Shown here: positions 1 through 12,900 of the stretch, piece by piece
How the letters are laid out: each line of letters starts with the position of its first letter
Numbering within the stretch: position 1 is the first letter of the stretch
Assembly (NCBI GenBank): GCA_024679065.1
Contig: JAGIQG010000009.1
Span: forward strand, 107,694,001 to 107,758,000
DNA: 64,000 nt
From: Sphyrna mokarran
Taxonomy: Eukaryota
Direction: 5' to 3'
Notes under the pieces: model-generated
Databases searched by the model: none
Seen by the model: the letters and a program-made list of their open reading frames with translations, nothing else
What the model was told of the DNA's origin: nothing
Position numbers and translations under genes: made by a program

Positions 1-139
1 TTGTAATGGTTGTAGGAGTTGATGTATTGGTAACTTTTAACAGGGATTCGGATAAATGCTTGAAAGGAAATGCATGCAGGGCTAGTTGAATATTACTTAA
101 GTGGAGAAAGACTACAGAAAACAGCAGCACAGAATGATT

Positions 140-210
140 TGGAATACTGGAATACCACACCTGGAATATCTGGAATACTGGAATACCTGGAATACCACAC
201 CTGGAATACT
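140..210. repeat. Short tandem repeat of TGGAATAC(C)
   Basis: About 7 imperfect copies, two followed by CACAC. Confidence 0.7.
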
Positions 211-740
211 GTAAATAGTTTTGTGCCCCTTTGCTACAGAATAATATATTGATATTGGAGACAATGCAATGAAATTTCACAAGGTTGATCCTGGGTATGG
301 ATGAATTTTCTTTTGAGGAGGGGTTAAGTGCTCTTGTCATCACTGGACAATGAAAAATGATCTAGTTAAGCTATATCAGACTCTCAGGGATCTTGACCAA
401 GTAGATTATGAGAGGTTGTTCCCCTTTGCAGGAGAGTCTAGGACCAGAGGACATAATCTCAAAGTAAGATGTTGCCCATTTAAGACAGAGACGATGAGGA
501 TTTCTTCTCTAAGAACATAGTGAAAGTGTGGAATTCAGAGGACTGTAGAGGTTCGGTTGTTACATATATTCAAGGGTGAGAAATACAGATTTTTAATCCA
601 TAAAGAAATAAAGGATTATGGGATAAGGTTGGAAAGTGGAGTTGTGGATTATCATAACAGATCAGTCATGATCTCATTAAATAATGGGGTAGGCTCGATG
701 GGCAGAATTCCCTACTTTGATTCCATGTTTTATGGTCAAG
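210..740 (+). mobile_element. Degenerate CR1-clade LINE 3' fragment
   Basis: Decayed RT C-terminal and 3' UTR sequence similar to the 3020-3765 copy. Confidence 0.65.
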
Positions 741-1554
741 GTTACACAGGGGTAGAATTGTGTCTATTTAACATTCACAAGATGCACTGCAGCAACTCAC
801 TAAGGCTTCTTCAACATCAACTGCCAAAGTGTGACAACTAACATCTGGAAAGACAAAAGCTGCAGATAAATGAAAATATCACTATCAAAACGGTTGATTG
901 GACATGCTAAATTGCCCCTTAGAGTCACGGGTTTAGCAGGGTATGAAACAATGGTTTCATCGGTAGATTATTAATTCCAGACATTTTTTATTGAATTGAA
1001 ATTCCACCGAGATTCAAACCCAGGTTCCTCAGAACATTAGCTGAGTTTCTGGATTAATAGCCCATTGATAAAAACCACTAGAGCATTACCTCCTCTCATG
1101 TTTTGCTGGGGACTGTGACGACTTTAATCAGGCAATTGAGGTTGGCCTGTTCGAGTATGAATCCCTGATTGAGAGCTACATAGGGTTTGGAGATAGGGCT
1201 TGGGTGGGATTATTGTCGCTGCAGTCTCAATGGGTCAACTGTCGCGATTGTATGATATATCTGTCCTTATATGTAAGCCTAAGTTCCCTTTGCAATTGAA
1301 CCTGCTTCCAACACCCTCTCAGCTCATTAGCACTATAACAGTAACAACATCGCACTCCGTGAAAAAAATCTTAATCATGTTCACCCGCCTCCCTATTTTT
1401 TTTGCCATTTATTTTAATCTCTTCCTTTTGTTTGCTGATCCCCTCCCCTCCCCCTCCTCCACCTCCGAACCCCACACGACCTGCATTATCACTTTCAACA
1501 ACTCTATGAATCTTAAATTCACTTTAACATAGCAACACGGACATAGAGTTTACA

Positions 1555-1802
1555 ATTTAAAGTTTAGTCATTAGTCACAGGTAAGGAACACCGCAATGAT
1601 GTTACTGTGAAACTTCCTCAGTCGCCACAACTCGGTGCCTCTTCGGGTCAATGCACCTAAGCAGTATGTCTTTCAGACTGGGGGAGGAAACCCACACAGA
1701 CAAGAGGAGAATGTGTAAACTCCACACAGACGGTGACCCAAGCAGGGAATTGAACCTGGATCCCTAGTGCTATGAGTCAGCGGTGCTAACCACTGTGCCA
1801 CT
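1555..1802 (-). mobile_element. V-SINE with AATAAA-type tail
   Basis: tRNA-like head and V-domain shared with HE1, tail as at 11041-11345. Confidence 0.7.
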
Positions 1803-2500
1803 GCCTAGAACAAGGAAGTTACGTTGTATTTTATGAGTGATTTCAAGACAAAGACAAATGAGGAAACAGGAGAATAAAGAATGGGTAAGAGAGGCAGGGT
1901 GGAATGGATAATGATAGATCATTTAAGCAACAACGAGAAAATTGTTTCCTTCGCTTCGTGACTGCACAGTTGAATCTTTGAGTATCTTTCTGTATGGCTT
2001 CCCTATTGAGTAAAGTTCAAATGTGATCTGAAAGATTTCACTTCTCTCTGGCAACTGCACATGACTGTTAAACATTGAGATGTTTCTCTTGCTTCCATGA
2101 AAATAGAACAAAGAAAATAGTCTTTTAGCCACTTGATTTGAGATTTTCATTGGGTTTGGGTGAATGAAGGAGCTGACAATGTTCCCTTAACCTGCCCCCT
2201 TCAAGAACACCCTCATTCGAGTAAAGTGTCAGCAGCCTTTGAGTCACCTAAACAATATATCATCATAAGCTCTTGTCAACAGGTTAACAGGAACAAGTAG
2301 ACTTTTAGTAATATTCCCAATAAAGCACAATGCTGGTTTATGCTTCTGCCAACACCATCATGCCTGCTTGTCTGTTTATTTATTTCATATTCATCTTGGA
2401 ACGTGGGCATCACTGACATTGGTTATGCATCCATAATTGTCTTTGATCTGAGTGTAGATGGGGGTAGTGCAGTTGACACAGTCCACATGGACTTCATTAA

Positions 2501-2699
2501 GTAAGAAGTCTCCCAACACCAGGTTAAAGTCCAACAGGTTTATTTGGAACCACGAGTTTTTGAATGTTGCCCCCTTCGTCAGATGAGTCCCATTTTCTCT
2601 GAAAGCTTGTGATTACAAATGATTCTCTTGGACTTTAACCTGGTGTTGGGAAGCTTCTTACTGTGCCTATTCCAGTCCAACGCCGGCATCTCCACATCA
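2501..2699 (+). mobile_element. Short Penelope-like remnant with inverted terminal segments, inserted in a CR1 fragment
   Basis: tcccaacaccaggttaaagtccaa and its reverse complement ttggactttaacctggtgttggga; tail ccaacgccggcatctccacatca shared with other Penelope copies here. Confidence 0.7.
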
Positions 2700-3019
2700 G
2701 GACTTTTTTCAAGGCTTTTAACAATCCACCCACATGGGAGACTAAAAAAGGAGGTCAGAGCCCACATGACCCAGGGCAGTTTGGCAAATTGGTTACAAGT
2801 TTGGCTGAGTGGTAGGAGGCTGTGTGATGGTCAAAGTTTGTTTTTGTGACTAGAAGCCTGTGTCCAGCGGTGTGCTGCAGAGATAAGGGCTGGGACCTTT
2901 GCTGTTTGTAGTGTACATTAAGGATTTAGATGTGAATGGTGGGGTATGATCAGAAAGTCTGCAAATGACACTAAAACTGGTGGTGTTGTAAATTGTGTGA
3001 AGAAAAACCTAGGATAAAA

Positions 3020-3765
3020 CTTAGGAGGTCCTTGTGCATAAATGGGGATCTTTGTGCATGGATCGGAAAAACACAATCTGCAGGTGCAGCAGATGATCAC
3101 GAAGGCGAATGGAATATTGGCCTTTATAGCGAAAGGCATAGAATATAAAAGCAGGAAGGTCTTGCTGCAACTGTATAGGGCACTGCTGAGGACACAATTG
3201 GAGTATTGTGTGCAATTTTGGTCCCCTTATTTGTGAAAGGATATATATTGGCCTTGGAGGGAGTACAGAGAAGGTTCACTAGGCTGATACTGGAGATGAG
3301 GGGGTTAGCCTATGAGGAGAGATTAAGTAGATTGGGCCTGTACTCGTTGGAGTTTAGGAGGCTGAGGGGGGATCTTATAGGGACATATAAGATAATGAAG
3401 GGGATAGGATAGACGTAGAGAGTTTCTTTCCACTTAGAAAGGAAACCAGAACGAGAGGACACAGCCTCAAAATAAGGAGGGGGGGACGTCAGTTTAAAAC
3501 AGAGTTAAGGAGGAACTTCTTCTCTCAGAGGGTAGTGAATCTCTGGAATTCTTTGCCCTTTGAAGTGGTGGATGTTACCTTGTTGAATATGTTTAAGTCA
3601 CGGGTAGATAGATTTCTGATCGAAAAGGGAATTACGGGTTATGGGGAGCAGGTGGGTAAGTGGAACTGATCCACTTCAGATCAGCTATGATCTCACTGAA
3701 TGGTAGGGCAGGCTTGAGGGGCTAGATGGCCTACTCCTGCTCCTAGTTCTTATGTTCTTATGTTT
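3020..3765 (+). mobile_element. CR1/HER1-type LINE 3' fragment nested in an older CR1 fragment (about 2440-4250)
   Basis: Peptides KANGILAFIAKGIEYK..LEYCVQFWSPYL and [35 protein letters not shown]; (TTCTTATG)n tail. Confidence 0.88.
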
Positions 3766-4284
3766 TATGATATAGATGGCTTGGTCACTGGGCAGAATGA
3801 TGACAAATGGAAGTTAATTCTGAAAAGTGTGAGGTGATGCATTTGGAAGGACTAATGAGGCAGGGAAAGTACAATGAACAGTAGGACAACTAGGAAGTAC
3901 AGAGGACCAGAGGGATCTGGGGGACAGGGGGTGCAGGGGGGAGGGGGTTAAGAGGGGAGGGCACATGTCCATAGATCCCTGAAGGCAGCAGGACAGGTAG
4001 GTAAGATGGTTAAGAAGCATATAGGACACTTGCCTTTATTAGTCCAGACATTAAATATAAGAGCAGGAAAGTTATGATGGTGCTGTCCAAAACCCTCATT
4101 AGGCCAAAGTTAAAGTATTGCGTGCAGTTCTGGTCATCGCACTTAGGAAGGAAGTGATTACATTAGAGAGGATGCAGAGAAGATTCACTATGACGTCATC
4201 TGTGCTGGAGCATTTCAGTTGTGAGGAGGGGCTGGATGATGCAGACCAAGTACTGGAAAATGACATTAAAATAGATAGAAACAT

Positions 4285-4612
4285 AGAAATGCTACAGTGC
4301 AGAAGGAGGCCATTTGGCCCATTCAGTCTGTACCAACAACAATCCCATCCCAGATATTATCCCCATAACCTCACACATTTACCCCAGTTAACCTTCTAAC
4401 CTACACATCCTAGGACACAATAGGGAATTTAGCATGGTCAATCAACCTAACCTGCACATCTTTGGACTGTGGGAGGAAATCTGAACAGCTGGAGGAGACC
4501 CACGCAAACACGGGGAGAACATGCAAACTTCACATAGGCAGTGAATCAAGCCAGGAATCAAACCTGGGTCCGTGGAGTTGTGAGTCAGCAGTGCTAACCA
4601 CTGTGCTACTGT
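4285..4612 (-). mobile_element. HE1-type V-SINE
   Basis: tRNA-like head, V-domain and CR1-like tail on the minus strand. Confidence 0.82.
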
Positions 4613-5310
4613 ACACAGCACCCAGATAGGTGCTTGATGGTTGGCACAGACAGGATGGGTGGAAGAATCTCTATTACTCAGTGAGTGATTTGCCAGGCCA
4701 TTTCCTAGGACAGATGAGATTCAACCATTTTGCTGTGTGTCTGGATTGGAAGTACACTAGATTCCCTTCTCCCAGAGACAAACTTCTGCTATGGTGGCCA
4801 TTACTAAAACTTGCATTCATTTTTTTAATAGGTGTTTTCAAAATCGAATTTGCATTCCACCAGATGTGGTGAGATTGTGTTCCTAATAAATTCTTCTGGA
4901 TCTTATTTTTCTGCACCTCTGGATTGACAATCAAAGTGACATTATCAATGCACCATCCACAGAACTCCAGGAGCACTGCCTCTGAATCATCAAACTTCTC
5001 TTATTCCCTCATCTAATATTTAAAATCTTGCTGCTAATTAGTATTTTTTTTTACCAAATCCCTAACCTAGGAAGTTGGATGTGCAAAAAATAAAACCTAA
5101 TTTTGTACATTTGTGTGGCGACTTGGTAGCATAGTTGTTAGCACTGCTGCCTCATAGTGCTGGAGACCCAGGTTCAATTCTCAGCTTGGGTCACTATCTG
5201 TGTGGAATTTGTATATTGTCCCTCTGCCTGCGTGGTTTTCCCCTGGTGCTCCAGTTTCCTCCCACACTCTGAAAGATGTGCAGGTTACATGGATTGGCCA
5301 TGCTAAATTG

Positions 5311-5880
5311 CTAAATGAACACCACTCGACAATCACCAGACAAGACTGTTTCCTTCCTGTTGGCGAACACTTCAGCGGTCACAGGCATTCGGCCTCTGAC
5401 CGTTGGGTAAGCGTTCTCCAAGGTGACCTTCACCTCACTTGACAGCGCAGAGTCACTGAACAGAGACTGATAGCCAAGTTCTGCACACATGAGGACGGCC
5501 TCAACTGGGATCTTGGGTTCATGTTGCACTATCTCTAACCCCCATGACTTGCCTGGGCTTGCAAAATCTCACCTACTGTTCTTTCTGGAAACAATACACA
5601 TCTCTTTAACCTATGCTAATGCTATCTCCACTCACATTGTCTGCATCTTTAAGACTTGAATAGTAGGTTAGCTGTAAAGATTTGCATTCTAATCCGTATT
5701 CTGAAAACTGTGTGTGACTTTCTATGCCCTTCTCTGAACAGAATCTTCCACACACCTCAGAAGGAACACTGTTTTCAAAAGCCTGTGAGTTTCCTGTCAA
5801 ATAAACTGGTTGGACTCTAACCTGGTGTTGTGAGACTTCTCACTGAGTTTGCCTCAGTCCAACGCCGGCATCTCTACATC
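5311..5880 (+). mobile_element. 5'-truncated Penelope-like element (GIY-YIG endonuclease C-terminus plus 3' repeat) inserted in an HE1 SINE
   Basis: Peptide NEHHSTITRQDCFLPVGEHFSGHRHSASD..LIAKF..GLN; direct repeat catgctaaattg at 5299-5310 and 5880-5891. Confidence 0.85.
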
Positions 5881-6845
5881 ATGCTAAATTGGGTCAGATG
5901 AATTAACAGGGTAAATACATGGAGTTAAGGAGATAGGGCCCCTCAGATTAACCAGGTCTCTCTCTTTCCCACAGAAATCATATTGCCATTATAACATATT
6001 TATTCCTTACCCGTTTTACAAATTGAAATGTTTGTTGTCGATGGGCCGAATGACCTCCTTCTGCACTGTAGGGTTTCTATATGTTATCAACATTAACCTC
6101 ACTTTGTGAATCTGTTAACGATGCACTTTTACTGTTCCATTGTACAACTTTTAAGGTTCATTTCCGCTACTGTAAAGGTTCCCTTCTGATCTTCTCCCTT
6201 GGTTTTGACTAGCAGGGAACCATCCTGGTGCTAAATGGCGTGAGGGAGCGGAGGGAGGGTGGCGTGGTTTGCAAGTCCAACACCCATTCATTAACTGCGA
6301 GATAGCTGCGTGCAATATTGCTTAGCCTAGTTCCGCGGGTTGGAAGTTCCAACTTCCATAGAATTCCTGTAGTGCAGAAGGAGGCCATTCGGCACATCGA
6401 GTCTGTACCAACCACAATCCCGCCCAGGCCCTATCCCCATAACCCCATATATTTACCCGCTAGCATCCCCCCTCCCCCACTTATAGGCTAATTTACCATG
6501 GCCAATCAACCTAAACCGATCTACCTTTGCATCCGAGTCCCGACCCCTTTGCAAAAGTCTTAACCTTAACAAACACCATGAGTTTCTACTCGCAGTGTGC
6601 AATCCCCTCAATATATCCGGTGATGCCAATGAAGTATTCAAGCCCAGTTATTTTTAAAACATCGAAACCGCAGTTGGAAAAATTGCTGAAGTTTCTTGGC
6701 GTTGTATGATATCAACTCGCCACAGGTTAGTCTCTTTACACGTCAGCTCCTGCGCTCCGAGCTGTTTTTTTTTTGGCTTTAACATTTCTTCCCATCGCCG
6801 CAGGACGCGTATGAGTTCCTGCTGTTTTCCAGAGCAAGGATCAAG

Positions 6846-6903
6846 ATGCAAACCATTCGCACATGGACATTTCTGAATTTCATGGCAATTCTTCTCCATA
6901 TCG
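6846..6903 (+). CDS. NCR3-like exon 1, signal peptide MQTIRTWTFLNFMAILLHI
   Basis: ATG in aagATGc context, hydrophobic leader, G|GTGAGT donor in phase 1 matching the V exon acceptor. Confidence 0.8.
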
Positions 6904-9900
6904 GTGAGTCTCCCTGTTATCACACTGAATTTATTTAGATTTTTTAACACGTACAAATTGTTTCTTTTTGCACAGATGAACGATAAAGCTTGTTGTGCTG
7001 AGACAACGGTTTTGTTTAACAACGCTGCCTTACCCTTTTGCAAATTTGCTTCTTGATTTGATTTGTTACTGTTAGATTTATTTGTGTACAGTGAAAAGTA
7101 TTGTTTCTTGCACTCTGTGCAGACAACATACCGTTCATAGAGAAGGAAAGGAGAGGGTGCAGAATGCAGTGCTACAGTCAGAGCTTGGGTGTAGAGAAAG
7201 GTCTACTTAATGCAAGATAGGTCCATTCAAAAGGCTGATAGCAGCTGAGAAGAAGCTCTTCTTGAGTCCGTTGGTATGTGACCTCAGGCTTTTGTATCTT
7301 TTGCCCCACAGAAGAAGATGGAAGAGAGAATGTCTGGGGTGTGTGAGTCCTTAATAACGCTGTGTGCTTTTCTGAGGCAGCGGGAAGTGTAGACAGAGTT
7401 AATAGATTGGAGGCTGGTTTGCATGATGGACTGGGCTACATTCACAACTTTTTATAGCTTCTTGCACTCTTGGTCAGAGCAGGAGCCAAACAAAGCTGTG
7501 ATACAACCACAAAGAATGCTTTCTGTGGTGCACCTGTAAAAGTTGGCGAGAGTCATAGCTGACACGCCAAATTTCTTTAGTCTGTTCTTATTGTTGAAGT
7601 TCATTTAAGCAAGAATCATAGAAACCTTATAGTGCAGAAGAGGCCATTTGACCCATCGAGTCTGCACTGACCACAATCCCACCTAAGCCCTATCCCAGTA
7701 ATCCCACATATTTATCCAGCCAATCCTCTGATCTATGCATCCCGGGGCACTAAGGGGAAATATAGCATAGCCAATGCACCTAACCAGCACATCTTCAGAC
7801 TGTGGGAGGAAACTGGAGCACCCAGACGAAGCCAATGCAGACAAAGGGAGAAAGTGCAAACTCCACACAGACAAGCCTGGAATCAAATCTAGGTCCCTGG
7901 AACTGTGAGGCAGCAGTGCTAACCACTGTGCCACCATGCCACCAGTGTCCCATATTGTATCACGATGTACCAATACAGAGGGATAGGCTTTGGTGGAAAA
8001 ATGGCAGATGGAATTTAATCTGGGCAAATGTGAGGTGATGAATTTGAGAAAGTTTAATGCAGGAATGAAGTATACATTAAATAGTTTGGTGGAATCAGCG
8101 GGTGGATCTGGAAAGATGCGACTCTTGTAACCCTCTATCCCAGGGAGCTGTGAGATTGGGTATATCCAAGACATAAGGCAATGGATTGTTGAGTTCAAGG
8201 GAACTCATTGACATGAAGATAATGCAGGAAGGTGGGATTGAGGGAAGAATGCAGTAGACTCAAGGGATCAAACGGGGGTTTGGGTGGCATGGTGGCAAGT
8301 GGTTAGCACTGCTGCTTTGCAGAGCCTAGGGCACGGGTTCAATTCCTGGCTTGGGTTACCATCTGTGTGGAGTCTGCACATTCTCCCCAGGTCTGCGTGG
8401 GTTTCCTCTGAGTACTCCGGTTTCTTCCCACATTCCAAAAATGTGCAGGTCAGGTGGATTGGACATGTTAAATTACCCCTTAGTGTCCAAAGATCTGTAG
8501 GTTAGATGGACTAACATGGGAATTATATGGAGTTACGGTGATAGGATGGGAGAAGGGCCTGTGTCAGAGAGTTGGTGCAGACTCGGTGGACCAAATTGTC
8601 TCTCTCACTATGGGAATTCTATGATTTTTTTGTTGGGGGGGGGGGGCACGGTGGCACAATGATTAGCACTGCTGCCTCACAGTGCCAAAGTCCTAGTTCA
8701 ATTCTCAACTCGGGTAACTGTGCCGACTTTGCACATTCTCCCCATGCCTGAGTGGGTTTTCTCCAAGTGCTCTGGTTTCCTCCAAAGTTGTGCGGGTTAG
8801 GTGGATTGGCCATGCTAAGTTGCCTCTTAGTGTGTGTGTGTGTGTGGGGGGGGTGGCTAGCAGGGTAAATACATGGAATTATGTGGATAGGGTCTGAGAG
8901 GGATTGATGTCGGTGCAGGCTCGATGGGCCGAATGGCCTCTTTCTGCGCTGTAGCGGGTCTATGACTGTCTGCCCCAGCTCCTGTTTCAGATGTCTCTAT
9001 GATTACATTGTTCTATTTGTACTCCAGACTATGGGCTGAGGGGTGAAATTCAAGTGTTCCAGTCTCCGGATGTCATCAATGTCACAGAAGGCGACTCGGT
9101 GCAGCTAAACTGTACGTTTGAATCGAATCAGAGTGTCGGGCATGTTTTATGGAGTCGGGCCTTGGAAAACATGGAGCTTTCGGACGGCAATTTTTTCTAC
9201 CACAGCCGGATACAGAAGTCAGGGCCAAAGTTATTCGCCCAGCGCATGGCTTTCATTAGAGTCAACAATGTGGTGAAAATGGACTCTGATTTTTACTACT
9301 GCAAGGTGGAAGTTCAGGGAGTTGGAAGTGGAAACGGGACAGGAACCCAACTCATTGTGACTGACAGTAAGTCAAACATACCCGAGTTCGAATCAGTTCC
9401 CACAATTTGACTTGTGTATGGCTTGTGCGTTTAACATGCTCCTGGATTTCAATTCCCTTTTGTGTCTCCAAGTGTAAATCATTTATAAAGTCTTTCTAAT
9501 CAAAAAAGAACCAAATTAGATTGATGTCCGAGCCATTGGTAATTAAATGACACATAACTTCAAATCAATAGACAGTATCAATGCTCTTCGGAAATCTGGC
9601 TGCCTCTACCCTAACTGGCACCCAGTTCATCCATTATTCTCACTGGCTCCCCATCTAATCAATTTTAACATTGTCTCTTCAACCTTCTTCCACTGGGAAA
9701 AAAAATTCCAAAAGTCTGAAAACAGGCATCAAGCGACTCAAGAACAGTTTCTTCTCTGCTGCCATCAGGCTTTTCAGAGAACCGTACAGTGCAGAAGGAG
9801 GCCATTCAGCCTATCAACAATAGGCAACAATCCTGTCTATAACCTAATCCCTGTAACTCCACACATTTGCCCCACTAACACCTCTAAGCTATGCATTCCA

Positions 9901-12900
9901 GAAAACTCAGGGCAATTTGGACAGTGATAGCCTTTTTCCTAGGATGGAGAAAGCTAGCACGAGGGGACACAGCTTTAAATTAAGGGGTGATAGTTATAGG
10001 ACGGATATCAGAGGTAGGTTCTTTACCCAAAGGGTGGTTCGGGAGTGGAATGCCCTGCCTGCAGCAGTTGTAGATGCGCCAAGTTTGGTGGCGTTTAAGA
10101 GGTTAGTTGATAAGTATATGGAAGAGAAGGGAATGGTTTAGTTTGGAGGGGCATTGCTTTTTATATTGGTCGGCGCAACATCGAAGGCCGAAGGGCCTGT
10201 TCTGTGCTGTAATGTTCTATGTTCTATGTTCTAATTTTGCATGGCCCTGTACAAACAGTACAAACAGCACATGTTTGTACTGTGGGAGAAAATTGGAGCA
10301 CCCAAAGCAAACGGCATGGTAGCACAGTGGTTAGCACTGCTGCTTTGCAGCTCCAGGGACCTGGGTTCAATTCTCGGCTTGGGTCACTGTGTGGAGTTTG
10401 CACATTCTCCTCGTGTTTGTGTGGGCTTCCTCTAGGTGCTCTGGTTTCGTCCCACAGTCCAAAGATGCACAGGTTAGATTGATTGGCCATGCTAAAATTG
10501 CCCCTTAGTGTCCTGAGATGCTTAGGTTAGAGGGATTAGTGGATACATATGTCGGGGTGTTGGGAGCCTCATAATCAGAGAATGCCTACAATGGAGAAGG
10601 AGACCTTTTGGCCCATCACTACATCCAATACAGATTTAAGTTTAATTGAGAGGAGAGGGAAAGTTTTACCCTATTCCTCCCCCACTTGCCCTGTCACCTC
10701 TTCATTGAATGTGTTTGTATTACTCACTTCCTTACTCACAGAAATCTATTCCTTCTGAGTTGATCCATTTCTGCTTGACCTCCTTCTTTACCCCCAACTT
10801 ACTTCTAACACATGCCAGTTGAAAAATAATTCATTTCCCCAAATTGTGAAGTGCCTGTGATCACGTTGTTTTATTCTTTGATATGGTATAGGATCATAGG
10901 AATTGGTTGTCCTATTTAGGACAATGTGATCAGCGCAGGCTTGGTGGGCTGAAGGGCCTGTTCCTGTGCTGTACTGTTGATGTGCTTTGTTCTCTTTAAT
11001 TAGTGGCAGAAGTCGGCAAAATCAGCCTTGAAGTCTACAGCATGGTGGCACACCTGTTAGCACTGCTGTTTCACAAAACCAGGATCCAGGATTTGATTCC
11101 TGGCTTGGGTCACTGTCTGTGTGGAGTTTGCATGTTCTGCCCATGTCTGCATGGTTTTCTTCCGGGTGCTCTGGTTTCCTCCCACACTCCAAAAGACATG
11201 CTGGTTAGGTGCATTGGCCATGCTAAATTCTCCCTCAGTTTACCCAAACAGGCGCCGGGGTGTGGTGTCTGGAGGATTTTGTCAGTAACTTCATTGCAGT
11301 GTTGGTGTAATCCTACTTGTGGCACTGATAAATAAAACTTTAAAATTTAAATAATCTTTATAAACTCCATTGCATTGACTGGATGTCACAGAAAACCTCA
11401 GTTCAATTATTTTGATTTAATTTGATTTATTATTGTCACCTGTATTAGTGAACAATGAAAAGTATTGTTTCTTGCACTATACAGACAAAGACAAAGAGAA
11501 GGAAAGGAGAGTGCAGGATGTAGTGTTACAGTCATAGCTAAGGTGTAAAGAAAGATTAATTTAATAGGAATGTCCACTCAAAAGTCTGATGGCAGCAGGG
11601 ACAAAGCTGTTCTTGAGTCGGTTGATACGTGATCTCAGACTTTTGCATCTTTTTCTCAATGGAACAATTAGAAGAGAATGCCTGGGGTGTGGGGACCTTG
11701 ACTAAACTGGCTGCTTTACTGAGGCAGCAAGAAGTCTGGACCGAGGCAATGGATGGAAGGCTGATTTGTGTGATGGACTGAGCTTCATTCATAATCTTTG
11801 GTAGCTTCTTGTGGTCTTGGGCAGAGCAGGAGACATGCCAAGTTGTGATGCACCAAGAAAAAATGCTTTCTACGATGCATCTGTAAAGGCTGATGAGAGT
11901 TGTAGCTGACGTGCCAAATTTCCTTATTAATTAAGTTAATTAATTAATGAATTAAGTTAAACTTAATGAATTAAGTTGATTACTCAGGTCTACTTAATGC
12001 ACTGAGTTCACAAACCCTGCAATGTTTTTCAAGTGTCCTGTTGCCAATAATATCCAACTTGACTTTCAGGGAAGTTCTCCCCAATCTATTTTTTTCTCAG
12101 GGTTTCAGATTGCTAATGGTTAAACTGTGAATGGTGAACTAAATGCTCTCTGTTGTCTCACACCAGGGAAGGTAACTGATTGTCCCCCAGCACACGTGGC
12201 AACCAAAGATCAACTACAACCACTGATACTGGGGTTCCTAGGGTTATCCATTCTGATAATGATACCCCTAACTGTGCGGATATACTATCAACATAAAGGT
12301 ATGATGTGACTGCTGTAGTAATCATAGCATTATCAGGGAGGTGATGGCATTGTGGTATTGTCACTGGACTCATAATCCAGACACCCAGAGTTGTGTTTGG
12401 GGGAACGTGGGTTCAAATCCCACCATAGCAGCTGGTAAAATCTGAATTCAATTAAAAAATTTTGGAATTGAAAGGGGAGAAATACAAAAGTGTCCGGAGG
12501 AACCATTTTTTTTATCACACAGAGGACGGTGAATATCTGGAACAAGCTGCCAGAGGTAGTAGTGGAGCCAGGTATAATTTTCTCTTTTAAAAAGCATTTA
12601 GACAGTAACATGGATAGGATGAATATCGCGGGATAAGGGCCAAACATGGGCAATTAGCACTAGCATTGAGGTTAAAAAGGGTGCGGCATGGACAAGTTGG
12701 GCCGAAGGGCCTGTTTGCATGCTGCAAATCTCTGACTGTGTGACCTCTAATTAAAAAAAATCAAAAGATGACCATGAAACTGCTGTCAATTGTAAAAATC
12801 TGTCTGGTACACTAATGTTCTTTAATGAATGAAATCTACTAGCCTTAACTGGTCTGGCCACATGTGACTCCAGATCCATGTATGGTTGACTCAACTGGAA

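Noticed and set aside
7683-8198. Longest ORF-track entries (e.g. 7683-8198, 25387-25890, 31399-31887, 39118-39570, 61618-62061) as genes
   Set aside because: They run through SINE/LINE, low-complexity or probable UTR sequence and show no recognisable domain
9028-9366. Rearranging Ig, TCR or IgNAR V segment
   Set aside because: No CACAGTG heptamer after YYC, the J-like strand is in the same exon, and it splices to a TM exon rather than a C1 domain
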